Assembly (NCBI GenBank): GCA_051362555.1
Contig: CM120647.1
Coordinates: 20,560,651 to 20,624,650, forward strand
Source of the DNA: Lingula anatina
Lineage: Eukaryota; Animalia; Brachiopoda
DNA length: 64,000 nt
Direction of reading: 5' to 3'
A program made the position numbers and the translations under genes. Below the pieces are notes generated by a model that saw nothing but the letters and a program-made list of their open reading frames with translations, did no database searches and was not told where the DNA came from. Shown here one piece after another: positions 26,891-39,260 of the stretch (its first letter is position 1; every line of letters starts with the position of its first letter).

Positions 26891-28237
26891 ATGTCGCCCA
26901 AGGTCGTAATATTAGCGTTCGCAATTCTGGTGGCTACATTCCTCCATGGTCCGAGTGAAGCGATTCAACCCGTAAGTTTCTGCTAAAGACAGCAGTGTTC
27001 AGAAAATCCATTCCATAAACTGCTTAAGTTGTAGCTAGATCAGGTACACGCTTGACTACAATCAAATTTTCTTAATTCCTCTGAAACCCTTCACTGTTAA
27101 TTAAGTGACCTGCACTGTAACTGCGGTCATCCGAGTTAAAGACGTGTTGGAATAGCATGGTCTGCATACAATAATACATATATTAATAATAATAATAATA
27201 ATTTATTAGATAAAATTGCAATCCTAATGTTGAACTTGTACAAAGAATGTTTAAAAGAAAATTGACAATAAACTTTAAATAATAAAACAATAAATTATTC
27301 CTAAAATACTACAAATTAAAAAGGCACCCATAAATTACTATAAGTTAAAGAGGCAATAATTAATAAAGGAATTTTTAAAACGTTCCTTCTTCACTTTTGG
27401 TTGTAAGAATTTGGTGTTGTTTCGTAAAGGGCGGGTGTTTCTTTCAGGCAATAAATGAACTTTGTCAGATAAAATGATTATTGCTCGAAATAGCTCGGTT
27501 ATGCCAGACATCAGTTTATGTTAGCTGCTACTGATTGGAAGATAGGAGTCGTGAGCTGACCGTGCGTGAATACTTGTTTTTGTTTTTTAACACATTTATC
27601 TAAAGTAGCTGAAAATAAACTGATAATTACTATGGCAATATAATACTAAGGGGGGTTCTGCAAAAAACGCCGGGGTATTTGGGGGTTGGATGGAAGAGTA
27701 GAATTGTTAATTGTACTTAACCGTTCTGTTTGCTCGTATTATTGCTGTGGTTTTTTAGTTGATGCTGAACCTGTGCTCATGTAAAAAATGGCCAAGACTT
27801 CTTACTGGCTGTTCTGTTTACCAGATGGCATTTCCGATGGCCAGTGGTATGTCACGTGACTATTCCCGCGGGATAAGAGGGCTTGGTTAATTAGCCCTTA
27901 CAACAATTATGCGGCCAGCTCAAGCTTCCTATTCCTCCCAATAAATTTATTATACAAACCATAATAATATTTTTCTGATACCATATCTACAGATTCATGA
28001 AGCTACTTTTACTGTAGCAAATGTCCATTTCGTGTCCAGGTGACAATACAGCCGTACCCTTTGTGTTACTGGATTTGTCAACCTAACCCTGTGGGTGACC
28101 CCCTGGTCTGTGACCGCTGCCACTACCAAGTGGGGACATGTGTGTCCTTCTACTACCCGAAATGCTATGTTACTGGACGAAACTGCGCCAAAAGCAACTG
28201 GTACGCCATCAAGTGCTGCCCTCATCACCACTGTTAG
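26891..28237 (+). CDS. Secreted Cys-rich peptide copy 2 (92 aa, 10 Cys)
   Basis: Exon 26891-26971 encodes MSPKVVILAFAILVATFLHGPSEAIQP. Exon 28040-28237 encodes VTIQPYPLCYWICQPNPVGDPLVCDRCHYQVGTCVSFYYPKCYVTGRNCAKSNWYAIKCCPHHHC*. TATA ~26217; exon-1 donor ~26297. Confidence 0.9.
27165..27960 (-). mobile_element. Insertion in peptide copy 2 intron, including a LINE 3' end on the minus strand
   Basis: About 800 bp absent from the paralogous intron of copy 1. It begins with (TAA)n and tttatt, the reverse of AATAAA-(ATT)n. Confidence 0.6.
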
Positions 28238-29734
28238 CTAGAAAGAAACCCACGTGTTCGAAATTCCATTAGAGGTCGCCACACAGTGGAGCCTTTTAAA
28301 CTTTATCGTGCATTACATTGAATCTGGTATTGCGGACGACTGCTGATGCAGTGAAATATAATGATTTGAAAAAAAAAACAAATGTTTGACAGATGTTTAC
28401 AATGAAAAAAAACAAATCTTGATTCATAAAATACTGACCCTGATGAAAATAAAATTCCCAATATTTCCTGGCAAAGTTTCGCTTTGTTGTTGATGTTCAC
28501 TGCTTGGTGATAACAAAGTGGCGACAGTATAGTTCTAATATTTACTCTGCTACGTGTTATAATTTTTATTTTGAGATCGTGCCGCAGACGGTTTATAGAA
28601 AGACGTCTTATCTAACAGCACACTCTCTACATCGCGTAAGAACTGCAGCAGGGATCTAAAATAGCTACATGTCATTGCAGCTTCGATATGACGACCTAAT
28701 AATGCTTGTATCTATATAAACCCGGTTTTATTATATATTATTGGTTTTATTGGTATGACTCAGAGAGTGATAAAAGATATAAATAGATCAATAAGATTTA
28801 GTATCATTACAAGATGGTATTATGATAATAATCACGTTACAGCAGTTTTCCACTTGTATTTGTGTCACATTGACAATGGAAATAATCTGGTATGGTATAC
28901 ATGTTTAGATTAATTGAAACGCAATAAAATGACCTTCCTCCTTGACGAAGAAAACAAAACATCCGCTCGTGATTCAGTTGTGCCATGTAAAGAGTTCAAG
29001 TGTGTATCTCTGTCACGTTCACAGTTCCAAAATATCCTGTACCTGCAGCTCGTAGCACGCGAGATGTAGGTGTGACGTCACAGGAACGGAAGCAACCGGG
29101 AGTGGCCGAATGGATAACAACCGTACACAGTTTGATGTCCGAGGTCAGACAACATCCTCAATACAGCGGTGGAACTGCAGCTTATATTAAGTTTATGTTG
29201 ACAGATCCCGTATCTCTAAAACCTACCGGGTCACCTTGTAATAGCATTGACACACGTACTCAGTGTTTGCTTTAGCTGTGTATATAAACAGACACATGCT
29301 AGGGGAGTAGATAATTTTACAACTGCTGTTGTTGCATCGTAAAAATTTGTAAGGTGAGTTGATTTCGTGTTTCTTTTCATTTCGCTGAACATTTTCTTTG
29401 AGCTTGCATTTTTTTTTTACTATGAACAATGACTAAGCATGAACAATGATTAAACGGCAAGAGAGTTGTGTTTACTTTTCAAGCTATATTCTCTGCAGTT
29501 TCATTGCTCATAAATGTCACAGTTTACTCTTGTTCTTGACTTTTCCTCTTTTTTACTTTTTCATCTGAGAGTGGGCCGTGCAATAAATCATATTATTTCT
29601 TGGTTATTCAAGAAATAAATACTTTTTGTTTATTTATTTTTTCTGATTGATTCGTCTCAACTACATAAACAGAGTGCCTTCATCACGTTACAAATAGTCT
29701 TTTGAAATTATGTTTCAGATATTTCCCTAATACC

Positions 29735-30401
29735 ATGTCTTCCAGAGTTTTGATATTACTATCCGTAATTCTGATGGTCACATTCCACGTTGGCGCGAGT
29801 TCACTTGCGGTAAGTGTTTTGCTAAAAATACCAGCGTTCATAATTTTAAACGTACTTCCGGTTTAGTTTTGTTAATCCACCTGTAACTTTTCAGCTAAGC
29901 CTACAGAACGGTTAGTTTTGTGTTTAATTGAAATATCTCTTTATTTATAATAATTATAATGATAACAATATTATTTTAGATTTCAGTTCATTACACAGCC
30001 ATGCAGTGCATATGTTCCTGGGTATCGACAAATTCCGTATAGGCTTTCTTAAATATAAGCATAACCGTCAATCAAGATTTGCTGTAGTCTTTATCTCGTC
30101 CTTACATATTTTGCCTTTTGCTAAAGACCTCCGTTGTGAAAACCAATACAGAGAGTGAAGAAAAAAAAGATTGATATAGCCTTACCTATTTTATATACAG
30201 GTAGACAACGTACAGGCGGTGCCTCTATGCTACTGGATATGTCAGCCAGGCCCTGTTGGTGACCCCCTGGTCTGTGACCGCTGCGACTACCAAGTGGGGA
30301 CATGTGTGTCCTTCGGCAGCCAAAAATGCTGGGTTGGTGGTCGGAATTGCGCCAAAAGTAACTGGTACGCCATCAAGTGCTGCCGTCACCACCATTGTTA
30401 A
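29735..30401 (+). CDS. Secreted Cys-rich peptide copy 3 (~91 aa, 10 Cys)
   Basis: Exon 29735-29809 encodes MSSRVLILLSVILMVTFHVGASSLA. Exon 30201-30401 encodes VDNVQAVPLCYWICQPGPVGDPLVCDRCDYQVGTCVSFGSQKCWVGGRNCAKSNWYAIKCCRHHHC*. TATA ~29281; exon-1 donor ~29354. Confidence 0.9.
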
Positions 30402-31424
30402 AATACCGTCAGAGGGCGCCAAACAGTGGAGCAGTAATATTGACTATGGAACTGTATGATTACTGTTCAGTCAGTATTAGTGGCAAATTAAGATTATAGA
30501 AAAGAGAGAAAACATTTTCAGTTGACATCTTCAAAGATACATAACGACACATGATGATCATTTATTGGTTCGCCTTAAAGATAATAAAATATTCAATATC
30601 TTGTGGTATATAACGACATCTGTTTCGTTGTTGATATATATTGCCATGGTGATTTTACCTCACATAATTTAAGCGTCACCATTCACTCTGCTACATGTTA
30701 TATATTAGAATATCTACAGATCGGACCACGGAGGGTTTTTAGCATGATGTCATATGTAACAAGACACAAGCTTTAACGCGGAAGAACTGCAGCCGGGACA
30801 AAAATATCTGCTCAGAACTTAGCTATGGAGAGCTAAGCATACGAGTCAAATTCTTTGTATTGAAATAACTGTTTTGACGTTTTCTCATTATCATAACATG
30901 CTACTTAGTCTGATTTTAACACGAGTGCTATGGAAAAATAAGGATAAAAATTTTACGTATCAACATGTACTGGTGTGTAATTTGGGTACTTGTATTTGAA
31001 AACGTTATCACATGGAATAGCAGTTTATCAACTTTACATAAGCAAATCGTAAATATCGGGACTCAATTTTAAAATGAGAAAAATGTTATCGGTTTTGAGG
31101 GCACAACTTATGCTATCGATTTTCGAGGCACACTTGTATTATTTATGACGTTTAAACGTTTGAATGCCACCACGAAAATAAATGATATGGAGTTGAATTC
31201 GTCTATTTACTGGAATGTATAATCCCCCACGAATTTTAGAAAAAAAAGCCTTTATCAAGCATCAAGTGCATTTTAAGCATTTTTATCTTTTTTTTTTTTT
31301 TTTGTTAGTAAAGCATATTTTAACTTGATTTACTACCACTAAAGTGTACAGCGTCTTTGCAAATAATAAGATGTGACATTTTGTACATAACCGTGACGCA
31401 TTTATGTTACTGTAGTCCATTTAA

Positions 31425-31646
31425 AGTTGCGGACGGGGGTGGGGGGGTGGGGGGGGGGGTGTCGGGGGGGGGGGAGTGGCTATCTTCTTGGCTGACCAAG
31501 ATATAACTTACGTAACCATTATGTAATAAAATAATGATATTAAACGAATAACTGTTGAAATAAGCTTTTTATTGCTATCCAGCATGTTGGTAAATCTTGG
31601 TCAGTTAAGAAGATAGCCACGTTCCTGGCTCCCCCTGTCCGCATCC
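31425..31646. mobile_element. MITE with TTAA target duplication (Kolobok-like ends)
   Basis: ttaa|agttgcggac...ggctatcttcttggctgaccaagat pairs with atcttggtcagttaagaagatagcc...gtccgcatcc|ttaa. Confidence 0.75.
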
Positions 31647-32979
31647 TTAAGAAAGCAACCATGTACCAGGTATTGAGTACCCGGCTTATTTACACTTTTC
31701 TTTTGGGCAAAGATATTCAAAACAGATAAATTCAAAACTATGCTAAACGCTCGTCTCAGTGTTCAGTTTGTTTATACGTGTACGTGTTGACTTGTTTTGC
31801 AAGCTTTTTAAAAGGAAATAAATCCCCTTTGTTTACTTGAAATTCAAATGATGCGGGTTTGTTAGGCGACAGTTCTAATTAACCTTTAGGGAAATATTAG
31901 TATTTGTTGGGTGTTTGAAGGAAGTAATCTCGTCTGCAGTTCAAGATCATATGAATATGCTAGCGGTTATGGCAAAATGGAATGCTAAAAAAGGGAGGGA
32001 AAAGTTAATCCGTGCATGTAACCAGAATTACAATGCTGATTTACTTTAATAACTATTTATGAGTTACACAAATAGGTAAATAGACTAGACTAATTACAAT
32101 ATAGTATTTCAATGATAATTGAGAAAGCAATTCAAATTACCATTTTATAAAACAAATTATAGCACTTTTTGGTCTGTAGGTTTGTCACGTTCAAAGAAGG
32201 AAATAATCTGTTGACATAAAGTTGATTGAAACGCAATTCAGTGACCCTGTAACTAGCCTAGGACACAAAACATCCGCCACTGTCTATGTGGTACCAGGTA
32301 TAGGAAGTCATATTTCACGTATTAAATACAACAAACGTGGTTCAGTGTCACGTACACAGTTCCAGAGTATCCTCTATCGGTGAATTATTTACTAGCTGCA
32401 GTGTGTAGCACGCATGAGTCAGGTGTGACGTCACAGGTACGAAAACACCCGAAGGTAGCCGAGCGAATGTTACTCTGAGAGAATTTGACGTCCGAGGTCG
32501 CACGACACCCTCATAAGAGGCGGAACTGCAGCCTGTATTAATTACACCATGGTCTATCCCGTATCTCCAGAATAAGAAAGGTCACCTTGAATTTTAATAA
32601 TATTCAATCACGTACACAGTGTTTGCTCAAGCGTGTATATAAACGGCCTTGTGTAAAGAGCGCAGGCAATTTCTTTACTGCTACCGTTGCTGTTGCATCG
32701 TTGATATTATAAAGGTGAGCTGATTTTGATTTCATTTCACTTGATTTTTTCCTTTTTGAGCATAGTTATTTTATAATTCTGATCAATGACATTAAAGCAG
32801 GGAAGCGTTGCTTAATTTTTAAACTAAATTCTTTGCAGTGGCAATTCCTTAGCTAACACGCGCGCTTTACTTTTCATATACTTTTTACTGCTGAAAGTTT
32901 TATCATGGTGACCCGGATGAAGTGTCTGCATTACAATTAATTTTTTTCAATATTTGTTTCAGGTATTCCCCCTGGCGCG

Positions 32980-33394
32980 ATGTCGCTCAGAGCCGTAACG
33001 TTAGTATTTGCCATTCTGGTGGCTATATTCGTCCTTACTCCGATTGAAGCACAGGTAAGATTTTGCTCTCAAGACATCAGAGCATGTATAAAAGTAGCGT
33101 TTTGGTTTGAGCTGCAGCAGATAGACGCGCTTGAGTACAATGTTGTTTTGTTAATCCCCCTGTAACCGTTAATTTAAATTATTCCCATGGTAAGCGTAGG
33201 GCCAAATCAGAGAATTCATGAAATCACATCTTCTAACTGCAATTAATTGCTGCCAGATAATGTAGTATCTAAAAAACAGTTTGCATAATCCATAACTGAT
33301 TTTAAATGCAAACAACTCTGGTTTTTCTTCAACCTCTAATTAATATTAGGCCTTTTACTTTAGATATCCGAAGGGAGGAAGATTCCGATCACTC

Positions 33395-33428
<34 letters not shown>

Positions 33429-33631
33429 TAAGACTACCATTTTGTGTACAGGATGACTGCTATTGGATTTGTCAACCTCAACCTATCGGTGACCCCCTGG
33501 TTTGTGACCGCTGCCACTACCAAGTGGGGACATGTGTGTCTTTTGACACCCCGAAATGCTGGGTTACTGGACGTAATTGTTGGAGAAGCAACTGGTACGC
33601 CATCAAGTGCTGCCCTCATCACCACTGCTAA
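32980..33631 (+). CDS. Secreted Cys-rich peptide copy 4 (84 aa, 10 Cys)
   Basis: Exon 32980-33054 encodes MSLRAVTLVFAILVAIFVLTPIEAQ. Exon 33452-33631 encodes DDCYWICQPQPIGDPLVCDRCHYQVGTCVSFDTPKCWVTGRNCWRSNWYAIKCCPHHHC*. TATA ~32636; exon-1 donor ~32715; AATAAA ~33753. Confidence 0.9.
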
Positions 33632-34809
33632 GAAAGACAAGTCACCCACTTGTGCGAAATTTCAGTTGAGAATGTCACATAGTGAGACTTTTAATCTATA
33701 ACGCGTATTACACTAAAAAAAGTTGATAATTGTTTAGCCGGTTACAGCTGCAAATAAAGATGTTAGAAAAGAAAATCAAATGTTCTACAGACGTTTTCAA
33801 TGAAAATCAACAAATTATGATTCGAAAATAAATGATCCTAATGATAAAAGCATGCCCATATTTCCTGATACATGTATATATCGGCAGTCGTTCAGTTGTT
33901 GTTTTTCAAGGTGTTGTTTCGTAATGAATTTCTGAAGAACTGTAGCCGTGATCTGAGTATAGCCATATACATCTAGAATTCTATTCTCTTTATTTCGGTA
34001 CAAAACAAACTCATAGTTCAAGGTGGAACCAGTTGTACGCGGGTTCGAGTTCTAGAATTTGAAATATGAATTTTTTGCTCAGTTATGTCTAAAAATTAAA
34101 AAAATTTGAGGAAACTCGTACGAACGGTTGGTGGGCGGGTCAGCCATGTCACAGTCGGTAGCGTGCATGGATACAAAGAAACATTCAAATTCGTCGTCAA
34201 CCTTGGTAACGAAAAGCCAAGAGTTCGTGTCCCGGATGATGCACGTCTGTCAGCTACACCAATACCCAGGGAAGTCACGGGAACGACTGAGGGTCCCCGT
34301 GGGTCCGGCCAATTTACCTTTTGCATATAAAACATGGAATACTTCTTGGGATTATCAGCAAGAAAAGTTTTTCTTCTTTTTTTTCAAAATTCATCATCGC
34401 TGCTGTTGCTTTCACACATTGCAACGTTTTTAATGATTCCATCTTGTTAGGGGCTTGCTAATACTAAAGCCATCCTGGTGTGAACGGTTCTGGATCTCAT
34501 CCTGTTCGTTATCTACCCACAAGATGCGTTTCCAAACTCTCGTTAACATTCCGTGGCCAGTCACTTTTTTCCATCTTATGCGATTCACTTCTATTAATTA
34601 AATCATCGCGTTAGCTGTAGCGAATTGTCATTTTACTCATGCATGTAAATTGTATATGTCAGACGGGGAGGGGCGGGGGGGGGGGCGTCAATTGATAAAA
34701 AGTAAGCTAAATACTACATAAAAAAGGGCAATTTTTGCCAAGATATTTTGGTTTAGTTCCATCATGCACCGACCTTTGACCTAGACAGGAACAGCGTCGG
34801 TTAGCGTAA

Positions 34810-34848
<39 letters not shown>

Positions 34849-35063
34849 AATAATAATTTAGCACATGTAAAATTCGAGCTTGGTTTACGCACGTACACTG
34901 TAGTTTGCACAATGCAGATTTATGGTGGATGTTGAATAATTCACGTTTCACGAAGGCAAAGAGTGTCATGCATAAAACCTCAAAGGCCACACTGTTCTTG
35001 GCGTTGAATAGAAGTAGACGTGCTCAGTTTATATCTACGATAGAGAACTTCTCCTGCTTCAGT

Positions 35064-35649
35064 ATGGGATATCAGATAAAGCTGCTGATGTTGCTGTTTT
35101 TGCTAGCAGGAATAAGTGAAAGGGTGAGGCGTTGTTTAAAATATACCTAAGTTTTCTCAATTCTCCTCTGCTTCTTTTTGTTATTCTTCTCTTCTTCACT
35201 CCTCCCGTCTTTCTCTTGGTCTTTCTCCTCTCCCTCTCTCTGTTCTCCCATCTCCTCTCATCTTTAAGTCATGCCATCGTTTTCTTTCTCAAGAAATTAA
35301 ATATTGGAAAAAGGCACTTGGGTGTTTAAGACGCTCTAAGGTACAGCTAATATAAACGCACACACACATGCACACGCTCAATTTCTCACATCAACCTGTA
35401 CATAATCCTGTGAACATTCCTTCGCCTTATTGAGTTATTCGCCCGTAATTGTTTACGTGTCAGGCGGTAGCTCCTCCCTATTGTTTCTGGATGTGCCAGA
35501 GCCAAGCAGAACTGGGTCAACCACTGGAGTGCCCCGCCCTGACGCGCGTGCAAGTTGGCATGTGCCTGTCACCTAACTCATCATGTGACGTCATAGGAGA
35601 GAACTGTGTCAATGGAAACATATTTCTTGCCATCAAATGTTGCCCATAG
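35064..35649 (+). CDS. Divergent secreted Cys-rich peptide copy 5 (81 aa, 8 Cys)
   Basis: Exon 35064-35123 encodes MGYQIKLLMLLFLLAGISER. Exon 35464-35649 encodes AVAPPYCFWMCQSQAELGQPLECPALTRVQVGMCLSPNSSCDVIGENCVNGNIFLAIKCCP*. Same phase-0 intron and the same C[YF]WxCQ...QVGxC...AIKCC framework. Confidence 0.85.
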
Positions 35650-37169
35650 TGACACTTGAGGGTGAGACGAGATGACAACTTAATTGACAACAGGAAAAAA
35701 TACAATGATATAACATAAGGAAAAATCTTTGCTATAACGTGGACCTGATGGCTAAAATTTCAACAACAATATAAAGAAGAGAATGAAATTTGTTGGAAGC
35801 CATACCTGGAAAAATTACACAATAGAACTTTTGGACATATTTCAACCTATGTTCCTCTTCACAGAGATCTGACTATACATACTTTACATTTAATATAGAA
35901 TGTATTTTTTTTTTCAATTCATTCACGGCTTGGTATTGAAATCAATAAGAAAATATTTTCCGTCTGTTATTGAAATGATTTATTGTTTTTACTTTCAAAA
36001 TATTTCTTCATGTGGTTATATGTCTTGAAACGGGACAATACAAGTGTGCAAGCTGTTTTATCACAGCTAACGACAGTAATTCTCAAACCAAAGAAATTGG
36101 CATTTAGGGAAAAAAGTCATTATGTCAATATGATTGAAGTTTTGAATATATTAAATAAATTCCACATGCCCAATTCACAACTAAATTATTTCATTGCCTC
36201 TGTTACTACAGGCCATATTTTGGCAACGTACATTTTTGTACACTGGTCCTGTGCACAGAAAATCTGCCACATTTCACGCATTTCACATTGATCAATTTGA
36301 AGCAAGGTGACAAAATGAATAGGCGGATCAATATAATAAAAATGCAAATATTTGTTTGAATAAACCCTGGAACCCTTTATTTCACTTAGCTAAATCAAAC
36401 GTATACATTACATGTGCGACAAGAATGGTAGTCCTAAAAATGAAATCCGCGTTTCAATATAGTAAGTAAAGGTTAGGGTTAGCCAGAAGTATCGGGGTCA
36501 GTAATATGGGATGAATGTCATCTGCACAAAGTAAAGGGGAACGCTCTCCTCCTCCTGGCGTTAATTAGAGTGTAGAAAAAACTGGTGATTAGAGCAAGTA
36601 CATTGGAAACTTGAGGTGGTGTGTCAGTTTGTTAATCTGCAGACAGGAAGAGTCCCCGCGGAGCTGAATCTAACTAAGATTAGATCATCTAGACCGGTAG
36701 TTTTATTGGGAATGAACCCTTATAGTATTCAAACACGTAAATGTTGCGTTTATTTCACAAATAAACAGCCATTCGTTAGGAGCGTAGGTATTATATCACA
36801 ACCGCCGTCGATGTCGTTGCTTTTGCATAATTGAAGCGTGCAATATGAGTCTCAGCCACACCGTGAATCATCTTTTTTAAACAGTTTGTTAAAGATATTC
36901 CTCTTGGCGCAATGCCTCTCAAAGACGTAATATGCAATGCTGGTGGCGACATTAATATATGGTTTCGGTCCCAGTGCGAATGCCAGTGAGGTTAAGATTT
37001 TGGTGAAAACACCAGCATTGCGAAATCTCATTAGAGAATCCTTGAGATCTCATCTTTATGTCAAAATCTTCTGTCAGGTAACCTTTTTTCTATAGCACTA
37101 TTAACATGATGAAAAATTTAATGTATGTCCGTCCACAAATATACACTACGCCTTTGACTTAAAATAGTC

Positions 37170-37745
37170 GCTGGAAAAGGAATATCATGAATTAATAATA
37201 ACCTGGATGCTACTGGATTGGTCTACCTGATAAAGCCTTTGGCAGTTAGGCCTTTTTAAAAATATATCTTACTTTTTCTTTTTCTCTCTACTTTCTTATT
37301 ATTCTCCCCTTCTTAACACTTCTCTTAGTCTTTCTCCTCTTCCTCTGTTCCTCCGTCTTATCCTTATGACACTTCACCATTTTCTTTCTCAATTAATTAG
37401 ATATCAAGGGTGGGCTTTTGCTGTTTAAGGGTGCATTCCCAGAGATTTAGATCGATCCAGAGATATAGATTTAGATCAACCTAACTCCCTTTGGGTTCAC
37501 GCTAAATTGCATTCAGCCAAGCGGGCACCATAGTTGATTACCCCTTTACAGCTTTTAATAGGCGGGACAGACGCTTAAGCCGGCTAAGCTGACGGTAATC
37601 TAGTGAGACTCCCCACAGGGAAAGATCGATCTAAAATCTATGGGAATGGCGTCTAAGAAGTTCTAAGGTACTGCTAACATAAACGCACGTCACATGCCAA
37701 CATCATCTTGTATAAAATCCTGTGATCATTCATTCATTCAACTTA
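37170..37745 (+). pseudogene. Remnant paralog of peptide copy 5 (intron-homologous sequence, no intact coding exons)
   Basis: 37255-37735, minus the MITE, aligns to the copy 5 intron 35130-35420 (CT-rich tract, ctaaggtac[at]gctaa[tc]ataaacgca, aatcctgtga). No Cys-rich exon follows. Confidence 0.6.
37429..37653. mobile_element. Harbinger/Tourist-like MITE, 225 bp, TAA TSD
   Basis: TIRs gggtgcattcccagagatttagatcgatc and gatcgatctaaaatctatgggaatggcgtc, with TAA on both sides. The empty paralogous site is at ~35326 (tgtttaagacgctctaaggtac). Confidence 0.85.
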
Positions 37746-37827
37746 TCATAGGGATAAAAGCGTCAGTATAGCAATAATTCTTTAAGAAAAAAAAATTAAT
37801 TGTCAAAAAGATAGCAGTAGTGTTTTA

Positions 37828-38098
37828 ATACCACCGTCAAGGAGGTTATGTCTTGCTTGTTTGTCTGTCTGTCTGTCATCAACATAACTCAAAAAGTTAT
37901 GGACCGATTTTGATGATATTCTCAGGAACTGTCAGAAGTGGGCCAATGAACAGATGATTAGTTTTTGGTGGTGATCTGGATCAGTAATCAATCAATAATC
38001 AATAATACAAAATATCGAAAATTTAAGGGTGAAATGGAATTGGATGGAGACTTCGCTGCCTTGGCGGAGGTCTGCGCTCTCTGAGTGCTTTTTTAGTT
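37828..38098 (+). mobile_element. Helentron-associated (HINE/DINE-1-like) element, second copy
   Basis: Shares aacataactcaaaaagttatggaccgattttgat and ccttggcggaggtctgcgctct with 24427-24680. Confidence 0.8.
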
Positions 38099-38670
38099 TT
38101 TAAAATATTTTTCTTGTCCTAGTAGGTTTATGTGTATTGAAAAGAAACAATACAGAAGTGATATCCATTTTATTATGAGATGTAAAGTTCTCCATCAGCC
38201 AAAACTACCAAACCAAATAATTTGCATTTGAACAAAGATTTTCACCAATATGATAAAAAGTTTAAACAAAACATCAAATTGCTTCTGTTTTGGCTTATTT
38301 TGACCACATAATACATCATCAACAAGAACAAGAACAACAAAATAACCAACAAACTCAACAAAATTTATAAAGTAAAATACTATTTGTAAGAGAATCATAG
38401 TAGAACACTTCAGTATTCTGTGCCAGAATCCTTTTAGTTCACTGGTCCTTTGCAACTCAAGGGTCTAAAGTATATGTTACATGAAGCATTTCAAATTGGA
38501 ATATTTTAAATTTACTGTTTTCCACTATTAATTTAAAACACAACAAAACAACCAATGCACTTAAAATATTGTAGCCCAATATCCTACAACCCACCAAAAT
38601 ATTTACCACAAAAACACCCACTATAAAGCTATGATTAACTTAACCCATGTGGTACATGTAAGTTGCACTT

Positions 38671-38853
38671 ACAGTGCATTCAGAACAGTGGACTAACAGA
38701 TCTGCGGATCAAATATGGTGACCCGCTAAAAAACTTGCCGCTTAATTCCAGATATGACATTAAATAAACTCCACGCTGAGATTACGCAACAAGCATTCAT
38801 ATGTTGGCCATATTTGGTCTGTAGATCTGTTAGGATGCTGTTCTGAGTGAGCT
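38671..38853. mobile_element. Small MITE in the VPS13B 3' UTR region
   Basis: Imperfect TIRs cagtgcattcagaacag..ctaacagatct and agatctgttag..ctgttctgagtgagctc. A related end (ctgttcagaatgcaccc-taa) is at ~24313-24333. Confidence 0.55.
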
Positions 38854-39260
38854 CTAAGATTACAAATAAGCAACAGGCAATAATACTGATGTGTTATATA
38901 TTTCAGAAGATTCATTTTGAATGAATGTGCTTACTGTTACACAGTCGACATAATTTTTTTAATCTTTTACAAAAAATCATAATAATAATTTTAAAAAATT
39001 AATTAATTAAATCAAATAAAAATAAAATATAAATAATAAAATAAACAAAATTTGAAATGCAGTTATTTGCAATATTCACTGTTAGCTGCACACCTTACTA
39101 AGCATCCAAAATACACTGTGCTACTGTTATTTTTTTGTCAATTGACCAAATTCTTGTTTATTTATACAAGAATTCTTGTTTATGGACTGAACTGTCATTT
39201 AAAGCTTTTACATATCATTTGCTAATGAAAACAAAAATTCCGATGCTATTTTTAACCAAG

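Larger units (their letters stand above)
17995..29075 (+). repeat. Tandem segmental duplication (~4.1-kb units) carrying peptide copies 1 and 2
   Basis: 17995-18064 plus 20121-24047 is colinear and highly similar to ~24905-29075, including upstream, intron and downstream sequence. Confidence 0.85.

Noticed and set aside
22970-33649. Similar minus-strand ORFs (MVVRAALDGVPVA...) at 22970, 27995, 30225 and 33434
   Set aside because: They are antisense shadows of the conserved peptide exons. Splice sites, signal exons and promoters all support the plus strand.
34020-34060. B-box-like ggttcgagttc suggesting a tRNA or SINE
   Set aside because: No cloverleaf or convincing A-box could be built.
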